Source: a virus
Virus record (IMG/VR): IMGVR_UViG_3300024263_000001
Coordinates: 1-64,000 of that record
Reading direction: 5' to 3' (one strand)
Length of the DNA: 64,000 bases
Below are positions 1-9,302 of the stretch, piece after piece. The notes beneath the pieces are model-generated. The model saw only the letters and a program-made list of their open reading frames with translations, was not told where the DNA came from and ran no database searches. Both the position numbers and the translations under genes were made by a program. Every line of letters starts with the position of its first letter. The stretch's first letter is position 1.

Positions 1-33
1 GGAGCGCACTCTTCCCCCAAATCTCTTTGGCTT

Positions 34-432
34 ATGTATGCTGCATCTGATGTTTTGCTTAACACCTCTAAGGCTGAAGGTCTGGGCCTCCCGCTACTAG
101 AAGCAATGTCAGTTGGGGGAGCGATCCCTGTAGGTACTAAGACTAGTGCTATTGTCGAACTTGTGGAGGAAGGTGGTGGCTTGTTAATTGATTGTGAATA
201 TGATTTTTGGGACGTATATGGTGACACTCGGCGGTGTTTTCCATCAATCAGCGATGGAATTAGTAAACTGCAAATGCTTTACGAGGCTTCAGATGACTTC
301 CTAGACCATCTCCGTGAGTTCGGGAGAAGTTATGCGAGGAGTCGTTCTTGGGACTATACTCTGGAGACATTTTATGATATAATTGGGGCGGAAAGAAAAG
401 GCTGTGTAGGAGATCGCAAGCCCCTTTCTTGA
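34..432 (+). CDS. Glycosyltransferase family 4 (GT-B), C-terminal part; probably starts upstream of the window
   Basis: YAASDVLLNTSKAEGLGLPLLEAMSVG matches the GT4 E-x7-E motif; ends with the typical 'RSWDYT' helix. Confidence 0.85.
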   Translation: MYAASDVLLNTSKAEGLGLPLLEAMSVGGAIPVGTKTSAIVELVEEGGGLLIDCEYDFWDVYGDTRRCFPSISDGISKLQMLYEASDDFLDHLREFGRSYARSRSWDYTLETFYDIIGAERKGCVGDRKPLS

Positions 433-439
433 GGAGGCC

Positions 440-1132
440 ATGAGTTTATTTATAGAAGCAGAGTGGGCATTATATGGTTTTCTAACTGGAACCGCAACAC
501 TCGTTCAGTCTCAAATTGCTGTGGAGATTACTGAAGATATGCTTGAGATTGGGTTCAATACTAGCCTCACATCTGCGGTGACTGAAGAGAGACATACCTG
601 GCCTGGTGGCAGTTTATATCGAGGCATTCGCCCCCTCCAATTGGATAAAGATAGGGTTATAGGAATTGATTCGGTTATCCCTCACCACGACATCGGTTGT
701 GAATTTGCAGATATTCAAACGACGGTGGGGGAGTGGATTCTTAAACATGCTGAGAGTGGTATCATTGAAATAAGGGATGATTGTTCTTGGTGTTGCCCTT
801 GTGCGACTTGTACTTATGGTATAGAAGCCTTTGTGGTGGATATCACTTACACCTATGGATTTGGTTCTTTGCTTGATGCTGATGCCAGTTGGGGGAAGAT
901 AGTCCGTTTTTGGATCGCACAGTGGGCGCAACAGATTCTTAACGCGATGCTCGGCCTCCCTAGTATGATACTTCTGGGGGACATTAAATCTTGGTCAAGT
1001 ATGAGTTATTCAGAGACCAGGGGTACTCTCTTTAAGACTGCTTTCGGGGATTCTCCTTTGGCTAATGCGATGTGGCAACAGCTTCGTGGATTATCAATTA
1101 AAAGAGCTATCAAATTTGGGGGAAGGCGATAG
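440..1132 (+). CDS. Head-tail adaptor/connector protein
   Basis: 'VDITYTYGFG' motif typical of head-tail adaptors; GAGGAGG RBS; first gene of the neck cluster. Confidence 0.6.
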   Translation: MSLFIEAEWALYGFLTGTATLVQSQIAVEITEDMLEIGFNTSLTSAVTEERHTWPGGSLYRGIRPLQLDKDRVIGIDSVIPHHDIGCEFADIQTTVGEWILKHAESGIIEIRDDCSWCCPCATCTYGIEAFVVDITYTYGFGSLLDADASWGKIVRFWIAQWAQQILNAMLGLPSMILLGDIKSWSSMSYSETRGTLFKTAFGDSPLANAMWQQLRGLSIKRAIKFGGRR

Positions 1133-1317
1133 TGTTACTCTCTCTTAGTGATTTGTTTGTGCGGGTTTTTGAAGTTGCGGAACGAATTGATGCTAACCCT
1201 GAAGAGATTAAACAAGATATTAAAGATGCTATAGAGGCAACGAGGGGATATATCCCAGGTGAGGGTATATCGGTTCTGGCGACCCATGAGAGAATGAGAG
1301 AGGAAGGGAAATTATAA
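1132..1317 (+). CDS. Hypothetical protein
   Basis: Fills the gap between neighbours with overlapping/abutting start and stop codons. Confidence 0.45.
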   Translation: MLLSLSDLFVRVFEVAERIDANPEEIKQDIKDAIEATRGYIPGEGISVLATHERMREEGKL

Positions 1318-1698
1318 ATGCTTCAAGGACTTAACGCTACGTGTACTATCCAGCGCCGCACTCAGGCTGCTGATGACGTTGTGGGTGGAGCCGTGATTTC
1401 CTTCGTGGATCTTTATACGAATGTTCTATGTAGGATTGCATCTATCAGACCTACATATATAGATGTGGCAGATCAAGGATTAGAAACACTTAAACCTTTT
1501 CAAATCATAGTCTGGCCCGCCAATTACAGCATCCGAGAGGGTGACAAATTTATTGTTACCAGTCCAGCAACGCATCCCCTTTTTAATATCGAGTTTCTCA
1601 TAGTCTCTGTTATGATTGATTCCATTTCTCCTTCCGATGCGAGGGGTCATATTGAGCTGTACGTGAACCGATATGTGGAATCAAGGTCTGTTGCCTGA
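1318..1698 (+). CDS. Head-closure (stopper) protein
   Basis: 126 aa, beta-rich ('TCTIQR', 'IREGDKFIV', 'HIELYV'); position after the adaptor. Confidence 0.65.
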   Translation: MLQGLNATCTIQRRTQAADDVVGGAVISFVDLYTNVLCRIASIRPTYIDVADQGLETLKPFQIIVWPANYSIREGDKFIVTSPATHPLFNIEFLIVSVMIDSISPSDARGHIELYVNRYVESRSVA

Positions 1699-1758
1699 AA
1701 TTTTTTTAGTCTAGATATGGACCAAAACGACCTTATTCGACAGGTTTGGTGAAATTAC

Positions 1759-2262
1759 ATGCCCAATGAAGTTACGGTCACAATACGAGGTGATATGGGG
1801 GAATATTTCCGAAGTATGAGAGAGGAAATTCCACCCATTTTAACCTCTTTAGCCCAAGCTACGGTGCAAGCAACGATTCCAAAAGCCCCTGGGAGATTGG
1901 GGTATACGTTGAGTGCTGATCCCGCTCGCCCTATCGGGCATAATGCCTGGGAATCTGGGATTATCAGCACCGACGCCGAAAAGTTCCATTGGCACGAGTT
2001 TGGTACGGGAATTCATAAGGAAAAAGGCGCAAAGGCAAGGTATCCAATAACAGCGAAACAATCTCATGGCAAATTGGCTTTTGTAAAAGAAGGAAAACTT
2101 AGGGTTATAAAAGGGAAAGGGGGTGCTCCTGCCATTGTAATGCATCCAGGTGTCCCAGCAAGAGGAATGCTGCGCCAAGCGATTAGAGAAATGTTACCTC
2201 CTTATATGGAAATGTTTAGAAGGCTTGGGATGAGGGTTCTTCCCACATGGGGTAGAGGATGA
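1759..2262 (+). CDS. HK97 gp10-like neck/tail-completion protein
   Basis: 'EFGTG', 'VMHPG..ARGML' motifs; synteny. Confidence 0.7.
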   Translation: MPNEVTVTIRGDMGEYFRSMREEIPPILTSLAQATVQATIPKAPGRLGYTLSADPARPIGHNAWESGIISTDAEKFHWHEFGTGIHKEKGAKARYPITAKQSHGKLAFVKEGKLRVIKGKGGAPAIVMHPGVPARGMLRQAIREMLPPYMEMFRRLGMRVLPTWGRG

Positions 2263-2705
2263 TAATCAATTCTCAAATCCAGGAAGCATTGATCAGGAGA
2301 TTGAAAGATAATACACAATATGGGATTCCCGCTCTTCATTTGGCACTTGGTATTGATGAGGAGGAGAAAATAAGGGAAAATCAATTTCAGGGGACGCAAT
2401 TTGTTTATCCTGCTATACGAGTTAATCTCACTTATCTTAATCCTACAGAAAATACGCCGTGCAGGGATGATATCTTTAGATCTTATTTCTCTATTGTTTC
2501 TTTTAGTGAAGGTACAAGTAGCTTGGAAGCGGATACTATTGCTGGATTGGTTGCTGAGGCACTCGATGAGGAGATGCTTAATGAGACTACTTTCAGGACG
2601 GGGAATATAAGTCTAGGGAGTGTTAATGCCGCAATCAAAATCGGGCCGAGACTCTGGAGAGCAGAAACGTTCTTCAGAATATCAATCTACCAGAAAGTAT
2701 CTTAG
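2259..2705 (+). CDS. Tail terminator protein
   Basis: 'YPAIRV', 'EADTIAGLVAEAL' pattern; synteny between neck gene and tail tube. Confidence 0.6.
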   Translation: MIINSQIQEALIRRLKDNTQYGIPALHLALGIDEEEKIRENQFQGTQFVYPAIRVNLTYLNPTENTPCRDDIFRSYFSIVSFSEGTSSLEADTIAGLVAEALDEEMLNETTFRTGNISLGSVNAAIKIGPRLWRAETFFRISIYQKVS

Positions 2706-2853
2706 TGCCGCCGAGCAAGGTAGATGTCAGTGTGGTAGACTTTTGATTATCTTCGGAAGAGGCGGAATAACAATTAAATGTAAGCGTTGTAAGAATTTTC
2801 ATTTCTTTTCTTGGTTAGAATTAGATCGCAGGCGAAGAAACCTACGAGGGTAG
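2626..2853 (+). CDS. Mu Com-like zinc-ribbon regulator (start uncertain)
   Basis: RCQCGRLL...ITIKCKRCK resembles the Com zinc ribbon; overlaps the end of the upstream gene. Confidence 0.5.
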   Translation: MPQSKSGRDSGEQKRSSEYQSTRKYLSAAEQGRCQCGRLLIIFGRGGITIKCKRCKNFHFFSWLELDRRRRNLRG

Positions 2854-2879
2854 TCAAAATTGAGATTCTATGATATAAT
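2851..2879 (+). promoter_or_regulatory. Extended -10 sigma70-type promoter upstream of the tail tube genes
   Basis: TGATATAAT at 2871-2879; weak -35 TAGTCA 17 nt upstream of TATAAT. Confidence 0.5.
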
Positions 2880-2891
2880 TGAGGATTAGAG

Positions 2892-3365
2892 ATGCCAAAA
2901 AGAAGAAAGAAGAAAGATAAAAGAATAGAAGTCGTTCCCTCTGAGGGGGAAGAAAAATCCTCGCTTGAGGAAGAGATTCTGGGCGAGGTAGAAATTCCCC
3001 TCGAAGAGGAGATAGAAGAAGTTGTTTCTGAGGAAGAGGTTGAGGAGTTCTCTCCCGAAGAAGAGATAGAAAAACTTATTGAAGAATATAAAGATTCGAT
3101 TGAAATTGTGGAAGATGTAGGACCTTCAATTCCAGCTGGTATGATACCAATTAGGTATCTCGGAGTACCAGATGTGTTCATAATTAAGGGACCTGTGACG
3201 GGGCGACGGTATCGTTTCACCACTAAGGATAGGATTTCTAATGTGGCCACTGAGGATTACGGAGGGTTACTCCAGAGAGTTAGGTCCGCACGCAAATGTT
3301 GTGGTCGGAAGGCAGGAGATCCTGGTAGAACTGTACCAGAACAGCCGTATTTTGGTCCTGCGTAA
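2892..3365 (+). CDS. Acidic hypothetical protein with C-terminal '(G/S)PxTGRRY...CCG' domain
   Basis: Basic N-terminus, Glu-rich middle, C-terminus similar to ORF 59916-60158. Confidence 0.7.
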   Translation: MPKRRKKKDKRIEVVPSEGEEKSSLEEEILGEVEIPLEEEIEEVVSEEEVEEFSPEEEIEKLIEEYKDSIEIVEDVGPSIPAGMIPIRYLGVPDVFIIKGPVTGRRYRFTTKDRISNVATEDYGGLLQRVRSARKCCGRKAGDPGRTVPEQPYFGPA

Positions 3366-3381
3366 GAAGTAGAGGAGAAAG

Positions 3382-4026
3382 ATGGCAGATATTGAAACAA
3401 CCGATGCAACCCCCGCTGGAAACACATTTGCCTCAGAAGATCTATATATTGAGGGCGCACCTTATTTCTATTTCTCTGATCCTGGGGTGTACGCCCATGA
3501 GGGTGAGGATGCTCCAGGTGATGAGCTCTATTGGGGGTTAACTGGTACAGCCGAGTCACCAGTTTATGCCGTTGGTTGCTATGAGGAGTTCAGATTCGGT
3601 GATGACGTAACCATCAATGCCGTGCGCTGTGACACCATTGGTGATGCAGCTTTAATCCAGCGCAGGAACTTCATGTACGTCTCCTTCACCTTGAAGAGTA
3701 TGTTCCCATTCAGTATCTTGAGTAGGATACTTAGGGGCGGTGCTGTTCATATGGAGGCGGATGAAGGGACCGAGGGATTCGGTTTCGGGGAGATAGATAA
3801 TACTGTATTTTACAGAACCTATTTCAGCCGAGTTTATGATCCAACCGCAGGAGATTTCGTTGCTGTGACTGGACATAGATGTCAATTTGTTGATGCTTGG
3901 GAGATTGCAACACCTTGGGCTGAAGCATGGCGTGTTGGGATTACAATGCGATTCTTCGCCGATGATGATATGCCTGTAGCACAGCGGTTTGCAACTATGG
4001 TCCGATTGGATCCGTCTGAAATTTAA
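3382..4026 (+). CDS. Major tail (tube) protein
   Basis: 214 aa, acidic and beta-rich; strong RBS; precedes chaperones and tape measure. Confidence 0.7.
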   Translation: MADIETTDATPAGNTFASEDLYIEGAPYFYFSDPGVYAHEGEDAPGDELYWGLTGTAESPVYAVGCYEEFRFGDDVTINAVRCDTIGDAALIQRRNFMYVSFTLKSMFPFSILSRILRGGAVHMEADEGTEGFGFGEIDNTVFYRTYFSRVYDPTAGDFVAVTGHRCQFVDAWEIATPWAEAWRVGITMRFFADDDMPVAQRFATMVRLDPSEI

Positions 4027-4043
4027 TCTGTGAGGTAGATTAG

Positions 4044-4718
4044 GTGGATTTCTACGAGGCGATTAAACCTCGCTCCACCGAAATCACCCTCGCAGGCGAG
4101 CCCCGCATAGTAGAGAGGGCCAGACTTGGACGGTTCTTTCGGCTGGGCGAGCTGTACCGCAAATACCAAGAGGCACTAAGCAAGCGATCTACTCGTAGTA
4201 TTGAGTATTTGCTTGATTATCTTGCTTTGTCTTCTAACATTTCCAGAGAGGAATGGGAAGATTGTTCCTCTCTGGAATTTGCTGACGGGTTTTTGCGTCT
4301 CGTAGAATTGAATAATGTTCGGATGGACCTCCCAATCTTCTCTGAATCTCAAGAGAGAAAAGAGAAGGTATATGAATATAATGGAAGGTTTGTAGCCACT
4401 TGGGTTACTAGATTAGCACGAATCTATGGCTGGACGGCAAAATATATTCTGAATCTGTTTCCCGAAGAAGCGGCCTGCTACATTCAAGAAGCTGAATTGC
4501 AGGAGTTCGCTGAGCGGGAATTTTTATATCGACTTAGTGATGTGGCTTATGCCTATGATAAAGGCACCAAGAAAAGTCGGTATATTCCTCTCAAGAGGCC
4601 AGGGTGGATGCTGGAGAAGAAGGAGGAGAAGGAAAAAGATATAAAGATTCCCAAACGCTATATCCCTCAAGGAATTGTTATTGATCTTGGGGAAAAATAT
4701 AAACGGAAGAAAACATGA
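4044..4718 (+). CDS. Tail assembly chaperone (gpGT-like)
   Basis: Between tube and tape measure; 'LARIYGWTAKYILNL' resembles gpT-type segments. Confidence 0.55.
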   Translation: MDFYEAIKPRSTEITLAGEPRIVERARLGRFFRLGELYRKYQEALSKRSTRSIEYLLDYLALSSNISREEWEDCSSLEFADGFLRLVELNNVRMDLPIFSESQERKEKVYEYNGRFVATWVTRLARIYGWTAKYILNLFPEEAACYIQEAELQEFAEREFLYRLSDVAYAYDKGTKKSRYIPLKRPGWMLEKKEEKEKDIKIPKRYIPQGIVIDLGEKYKRKKT

Positions 4719-5158
4719 AAAAGAAAATAAGATATTTGATAAAGTGGCTTAAAGGAAGAAGGAACTATGCTCAAATTGGGGATCGAGAGATTGAGATTAA
4801 GCCCCTAAAAGCAAAGGCTACCCTTCAAGTCCTTCTATTAGTAGTGCCATATTTGCGGGAGATCTTACCTTCATTGATGGCAACAAAAGATTTAATGGAA
4901 CCAGGAATATTCAGGGAAACAATAAAACAAACGATGCGTTCAATGGGTGAAAGTTTCCCGATGGATGTAGTAAAATTGTTTAGTATTTTTCTAGATGTAG
5001 ACGAAGAATGGTTAGAGGAAAATCTTTATCCAGAAGGAATAGTAGAAACATTTGAGGTAATTATGAGAGTAAATCGTTTGGATGATTTAATAAGAGTTGG
5101 GCTCTCAATAGGAATGATTAGTTATGGGGATTTATCATGGCTGAACGTCAGACTATAA
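4715..5158 (+). CDS. Tail assembly chaperone (gpG-like)
   Basis: 'IEIKPL', 'DEEWLEE', 'VNRL' helical pattern; directly before tape measure. Confidence 0.55.
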   Translation: MKKKIRYLIKWLKGRRNYAQIGDREIEIKPLKAKATLQVLLLVVPYLREILPSLMATKDLMEPGIFRETIKQTMRSMGESFPMDVVKLFSIFLDVDEEWLEENLYPEGIVETFEVIMRVNRLDDLIRVGLSIGMISYGDLSWLNVRL

Positions 5159-7707
5159 CAGAACGAATCGCTCGTATTGTTTTTGAACTTGTCGGCGCAG
5201 AGGAAGTTGAGGCGCGGATAACAAAGGTTGACGCTGCCTGGACTAAGATGGCCACGAGAATGCAATCTAATCTTAAGTTGATGAATGAGTTATCTGCATC
5301 GTTAAGGACTATTGGGAAAACTATTTCTGGAGAAATTCTTCAACAGCTTCCCCAGACAACGAAATTCCTTGAGCAATTTGCCATCGCCGGTGAAAAAGCT
5401 GATATTGCGGGGCAGGAACTCAGTTTGTCCATGTACGTTCAGAGTGAGGAAGGACGAAAACTTGCCACATCTCTTGGCCTGGTTATTCCTAAATTGGAGA
5501 AAACCAAGACCGCGGGAGAAGAAGTAAAAGATGCTTTTTGGAAGTTGAATTCCGTTGCGCGCGCACTCCTTCGTGTCTTTGTGGCTTTTAAGATTCTGAT
5601 CGGCGTTATAGGTATCTTCAGAGACATGGCTGTTGCTACAGTTGAATTACAAAGAGAAATGTGGAGCCTTAGAGTTATTATTTCAGGTGCGGGCCAGGAG
5701 ATCGAAGGAGGTTTGGGTTCTTGGGATAGCTGGCTTGAAAGAATTCAGAGAATGCGAAGAGAACTCCCACTTATCAAGATGACAGACTTAGTGCGGGGGA
5801 TGAAGACCCTGATAGTTACGTTAGATGATTTGGGCCTCGCTGCCGGAGAGATGGAATATATCATCCAGTTGGCAGGGGAAATGGCTATCATTATGGGATT
5901 GGATTTCCCAGCTTATGCTCAACGGGTTTCAACTGCCCTTCAGGGTCAAGTCCGTAATTGGGCGACGCTTGGTGTAAATGTAAGGGACTCAAGTGCGGCG
6001 TTAAGAGAATATAGCCAAGAATTAGGCTACAACTGGGATGAATTAAATAAACAGCAAAAAGTATTGCTTCGCACCTTGTTCCTTACCAAAGAATTCATCA
6101 GGATAACTGAGGAAACAGGAGATGTATTAGACGAAGAATGGGCAATCTCGGAAGCACTGCGGGCGAAGAGAGCGGACCTCATAGCCCAGCAACCTAAGTT
6201 AATCCAATTCCAGAATATGTGGAATCAACTTTTGATTCTTGGTACTGAGGTGGCGGCCATCGCCGCAGATGCTATTACTCGTTTCTTTGCTACTATAGTT
6301 AGTGGCATAGGCGCAGCCCTAGATACAGTCTTGCTATTAACGACGGCCCTCATGACAGGCGAACTGGGATGGGAAAGATTGCAATGGATACTTGATCAGT
6401 ATGGTAAGACACAGGCTAAAATCTATGAGGACATAATCTCAGGATCGACAGTTTTGGAATGGTTGGGGAAGAGGCTTGGTGAAACAGGTGAGGAAGCGGA
6501 GGAAGCTGGCACTTCGTTTTCTGAACTTGAAGAAAGAATGAAATCATTGATTGATGCGGCAGCCGATACAGAGGATGCTTTCGATGATTTGGGAGATGTG
6601 CTCAGTAGGGCTCTTAGCCAAGCTCAAAGCGCGCTTCGCAGTTGGCGGCAAGCATTAGAACAAGCCCAAATCCAACTTTCTCGCCGATTGGCGGATATAG
6701 CACGGAACCTTGAACGGCGGTTGGCAGATTTAAGAGCAAGATACGAGGCTCGAAGGAGTCAATTACTTGAGAGATTTGAAGAGCGCAGGCGAAAAGTTAG
6801 AGAAGACGGGGCCGAAAGGGAAGAAGAATTACGAGAGGATCATAACAAAAACCTCCAGAGAATGGAAGAAGACCATCAGAGAGAGATGCGTCAACTTCGG
6901 GATGAATATCTATTGGATCTGGAGGAAGCGGCCAGGAAGCGTGATGCTATCTCAATGCGGCGGATTCAACAGAGATATGCCCTTGAAAAGAAACAAAGAG
7001 AAGAAGGATATGATGTCAATCGTCGCAGGGCAATAGAGGATTTTAAGGAGCAACTACAAGAACTCAGGGAGGCAATCCAAGAGCAACTGGATGAGTTGAC
7101 GGATTCACTTGAACGACAGTTAGAAGAATTGAGGGAGAATTATGTGCGTCAACAGGAGGAAGCCCGCCGTAATGCTGAATGTCAACGGCAAGATGCTATC
7201 AGAAATTATCAAGAGCGCGAGGCTGACCTTTGGGAGAGTCTTCAGAATAGATTAGAGGCCATTTTAATTGGCTTAATGGAAGAGGAAGAGGAATGGGAAG
7301 GTACTTACGCTGAACTGCGAAGATTTCTCGATGAATGGTATGAAGGTGATCTTGGAGCCTTACGAGAATGGTTGAATAGAAGGTTAGCTTTATTACAACA
7401 ACACTCAGGTAGTCCTTATGGCCCACCCCCTCCTCTCCGAGTCCATCCTTTGCTCACGGGTTTTGGTCTTCCAGAATCTTGGGGGCTTGCGGCAGGGGGA
7501 ATAGGAATTGCCAGAAGACCTACTTCACTTGTGGTTGGAGAAGGTGGTCCAGAAATGTTTGCCGCCTGGCCACTCGGTCAGAGAATGCCGAGAACAGGTG
7601 TAGATATTAGACTTACTATAGACGGTGAACAGAGAGGGGCGTGGAGCGGGGACTTTGAAAATAGTGTTCTCAGGGTTATGCGGTCTGTGCTTGAGGAGGT
7701 TCTATAA
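5137..7707 (+). CDS. Tape measure protein
   Basis: 856 aa helical/coiled-coil with hydrophobic segments; C-terminal 'AAGG...PT..VVGEGGPE...PL' motif. Confidence 0.9.
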   Translation: MAERQTITERIARIVFELVGAEEVEARITKVDAAWTKMATRMQSNLKLMNELSASLRTIGKTISGEILQQLPQTTKFLEQFAIAGEKADIAGQELSLSMYVQSEEGRKLATSLGLVIPKLEKTKTAGEEVKDAFWKLNSVARALLRVFVAFKILIGVIGIFRDMAVATVELQREMWSLRVIISGAGQEIEGGLGSWDSWLERIQRMRRELPLIKMTDLVRGMKTLIVTLDDLGLAAGEMEYIIQLAGEMAIIMGLDFPAYAQRVSTALQGQVRNWATLGVNVRDSSAALREYSQELGYNWDELNKQQKVLLRTLFLTKEFIRITEETGDVLDEEWAISEALRAKRADLIAQQPKLIQFQNMWNQLLILGTEVAAIAADAITRFFATIVSGIGAALDTVLLLTTALMTGELGWERLQWILDQYGKTQAKIYEDIISGSTVLEWLGKRLGETGEEAEEAGTSFSELEERMKSLIDAAADTEDAFDDLGDVLSRALSQAQSALRSWRQALEQAQIQLSRRLADIARNLERRLADLRARYEARRSQLLERFEERRRKVREDGAEREEELREDHNKNLQRMEEDHQREMRQLRDEYLLDLEEAARKRDAISMRRIQQRYALEKKQREEGYDVNRRRAIEDFKEQLQELREAIQEQLDELTDSLERQLEELRENYVRQQEEARRNAECQRQDAIRNYQEREADLWESLQNRLEAILIGLMEEEEEWEGTYAELRRFLDEWYEGDLGALREWLNRRLALLQQHSGSPYGPPPPLRVHPLLTGFGLPESWGLAAGGIGIARRPTSLVVGEGGPEMFAAWPLGQRMPRTGVDIRLTIDGEQRGAWSGDFENSVLRVMRSVLEEVL

Positions 7708-7721
7708 GGAGGAGATAAACA

Positions 7722-8390
7722 ATGAGCTTCAAAGGTAAGAAACATACATTGGAGACCCGTCGAAAAATATCTGAGAGTATGAGAGGAAAGCGTTGTGGTA
7801 AAGAGAATCCTATGTGGGGAAAGGATTTCTCACGAGAACATCGGCGAAAGATAAGCGAAGCGCTTACAGGTAGGAAGCGTTCACCAGAGCATTGCCGTAA
7901 TCTAAGTGAATCTCTTCAGGGCAGGAAGCACACACCAGAAACCAGGCGGAAGATGAGCGAGGCTCATCGAGGACAAACACTCTCAACGGAAACTCGTCAA
8001 AAAATAAGTAAGGCCATGAAAGGCAGGAAACTTTCGCTAGAACATCGCCAGAAGATAAGTGCAACTCTGCGGAATGGAAAAGCTCCAAACTTGGGGAAGC
8101 GGGGGAAGGATGCTCCTTCCTGGAAAGGTGGACGCATACGGACTGGCCAGGGATATATTCTTGTCTATAACTGTGATCACCCCCATGCTAGTAAGCGAAG
8201 GTATGTTCCTGAACATCGCCTTGTGATGGAAAAATCTCTTGGTAGGTATTTAGAACCTTATGAGATTGTCCACCATATCAATGGTATTAAGGATGATAAT
8301 CGTTCAGAAAATTTAGAATTGGTGGTACAAAGAAATCACAGGGGCGAATTACGATGCCCACATTGTAGGCGGATATTTAATGTTCAATAA
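7722..8390 (+). CDS. HNH homing endonuclease with NUMOD3 repeats
   Basis: Repeated 'GRKH(T/S)xETRxK(I/M)S'; 'EHRLVM...LGRYL...[17 protein letters not shown]'. Confidence 0.9.
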   Translation: MSFKGKKHTLETRRKISESMRGKRCGKENPMWGKDFSREHRRKISEALTGRKRSPEHCRNLSESLQGRKHTPETRRKMSEAHRGQTLSTETRQKISKAMKGRKLSLEHRQKISATLRNGKAPNLGKRGKDAPSWKGGRIRTGQGYILVYNCDHPHASKRRYVPEHRLVMEKSLGRYLEPYEIVHHINGIKDDNRSENLELVVQRNHRGELRCPHCRRIFNVQ

Positions 8391-8401
8391 GGAGATACTA
8401 T

Positions 8402-8770
8402 ATGCCCAGGTATCCTGACCCAATTGACGGTGTTTTTAACTATATTTGGATGGATGGTGCTCCCCTGTCCAAATATCCGATTAGGACAACGTGGAGACGG
8501 CAGCAGATTGGGCGAGTGGGGAGCAGAGAACTCCGCTTCTCGGCTTATATGTCTGTCGTTCTGGAAATCGGGATATGTGATGAAACTGAGCATAATCAAC
8601 TCCACGATTTATGGACAGATGGAGGGTTGCATACAGTAGTTATGGCTGCCCCAGATGATGGGACTCATACAACCTACACGGGAGTAGCAATTGATGAAGT
8701 TTCGGCGAATAGGGTCGACTGGTACTATGAGAACACTAAGATGATTTTGTCGGGGATATTGAGACCGTGA
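8402..8770 (+). CDS. Distal tail (Dit-like) protein
   Basis: First structural-looking ORF after tape measure once the HNH gene is discounted; synteny only. Confidence 0.5.
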   Translation: MPRYPDPIDGVFNYIWMDGAPLSKYPIRTTWRRQQIGRVGSRELRFSAYMSVVLEIGICDETEHNQLHDLWTDGGLHTVVMAAPDDGTHTTYTGVAIDEVSANRVDWYYENTKMILSGILRP

Positions 8771-9300
8771 AACTAGGTAGCAAACATTCCGAAGAAACTA
8801 AGCGGAGAATAAGTGAGAGTAAGAAGGGCAAGAAATTGCCGCCGTTTTCTCCAGAGCATTTACGGAAATTGAGTGAGGCCCAAAGAGGCAACCAATATAG
8901 ACGGGGTAAAAAACACTCATTGGAGACTCGGCGGAAAATGTCTGAGCGCATGCGAGGTGAGAATAATCCTATGTGGGGAAAACATCATTCCCCAGAACAT
9001 CGGCGAAAAATAGGTGAGTCTCAGAAAGGCGAGAAGCATCCCAACTGGAAGGGTGGGCGGACACGGAATGGTATAGATTATGTTTTAATTTTGAGACCAG
9101 GTCACCCCAGGGCTTCCCCTAATGGCTATATTTATGAACATCGTTTAGTAATGTCTGAGTATCTTGGTCGCTACCTTGAATCTTGGGAAATCGTCCATCA
9201 TAGGAACGGTATCAGGGATGATAATCGTAAGGAAAATCTAACGCTTTTTCCTTCTCAAGCGGAACATTTGGCCTTTCATCGGGAGAATGGGGATATATAA
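8767..9300 (+). CDS. HNH homing endonuclease with NUMOD3 repeats
   Basis: NUMOD3 repeats plus 'YEHRLVM...[17 protein letters not shown]'. Confidence 0.9.
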   Translation: MKLGSKHSEETKRRISESKKGKKLPPFSPEHLRKLSEAQRGNQYRRGKKHSLETRRKMSERMRGENNPMWGKHHSPEHRRKIGESQKGEKHPNWKGGRTRNGIDYVLILRPGHPRASPNGYIYEHRLVMSEYLGRYLESWEIVHHRNGIRDDNRKENLTLFPSQAEHLAFHRENGDI

Positions 9301-9302
9301 AT

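Noticed and set aside
1132-1317. Paralogy with ORF 63170-63466 (AI...G..PG....VL..H)
   Set aside because: Similarity too short to distinguish from chance by eye
4689-4698. Programmed -1 frameshift at GGGGAAAAA in the tail chaperone
   Set aside because: Heptamer is out of phase and the -1 frame hits TAA immediately
7722-9300. Group I introns or inteins carrying the HNH genes
   Set aside because: HNH ORFs lie between complete genes with only a few spacer bases, leaving no room for intron cores; no intein motifs seen in PolB, DnaB, RecA or TerL
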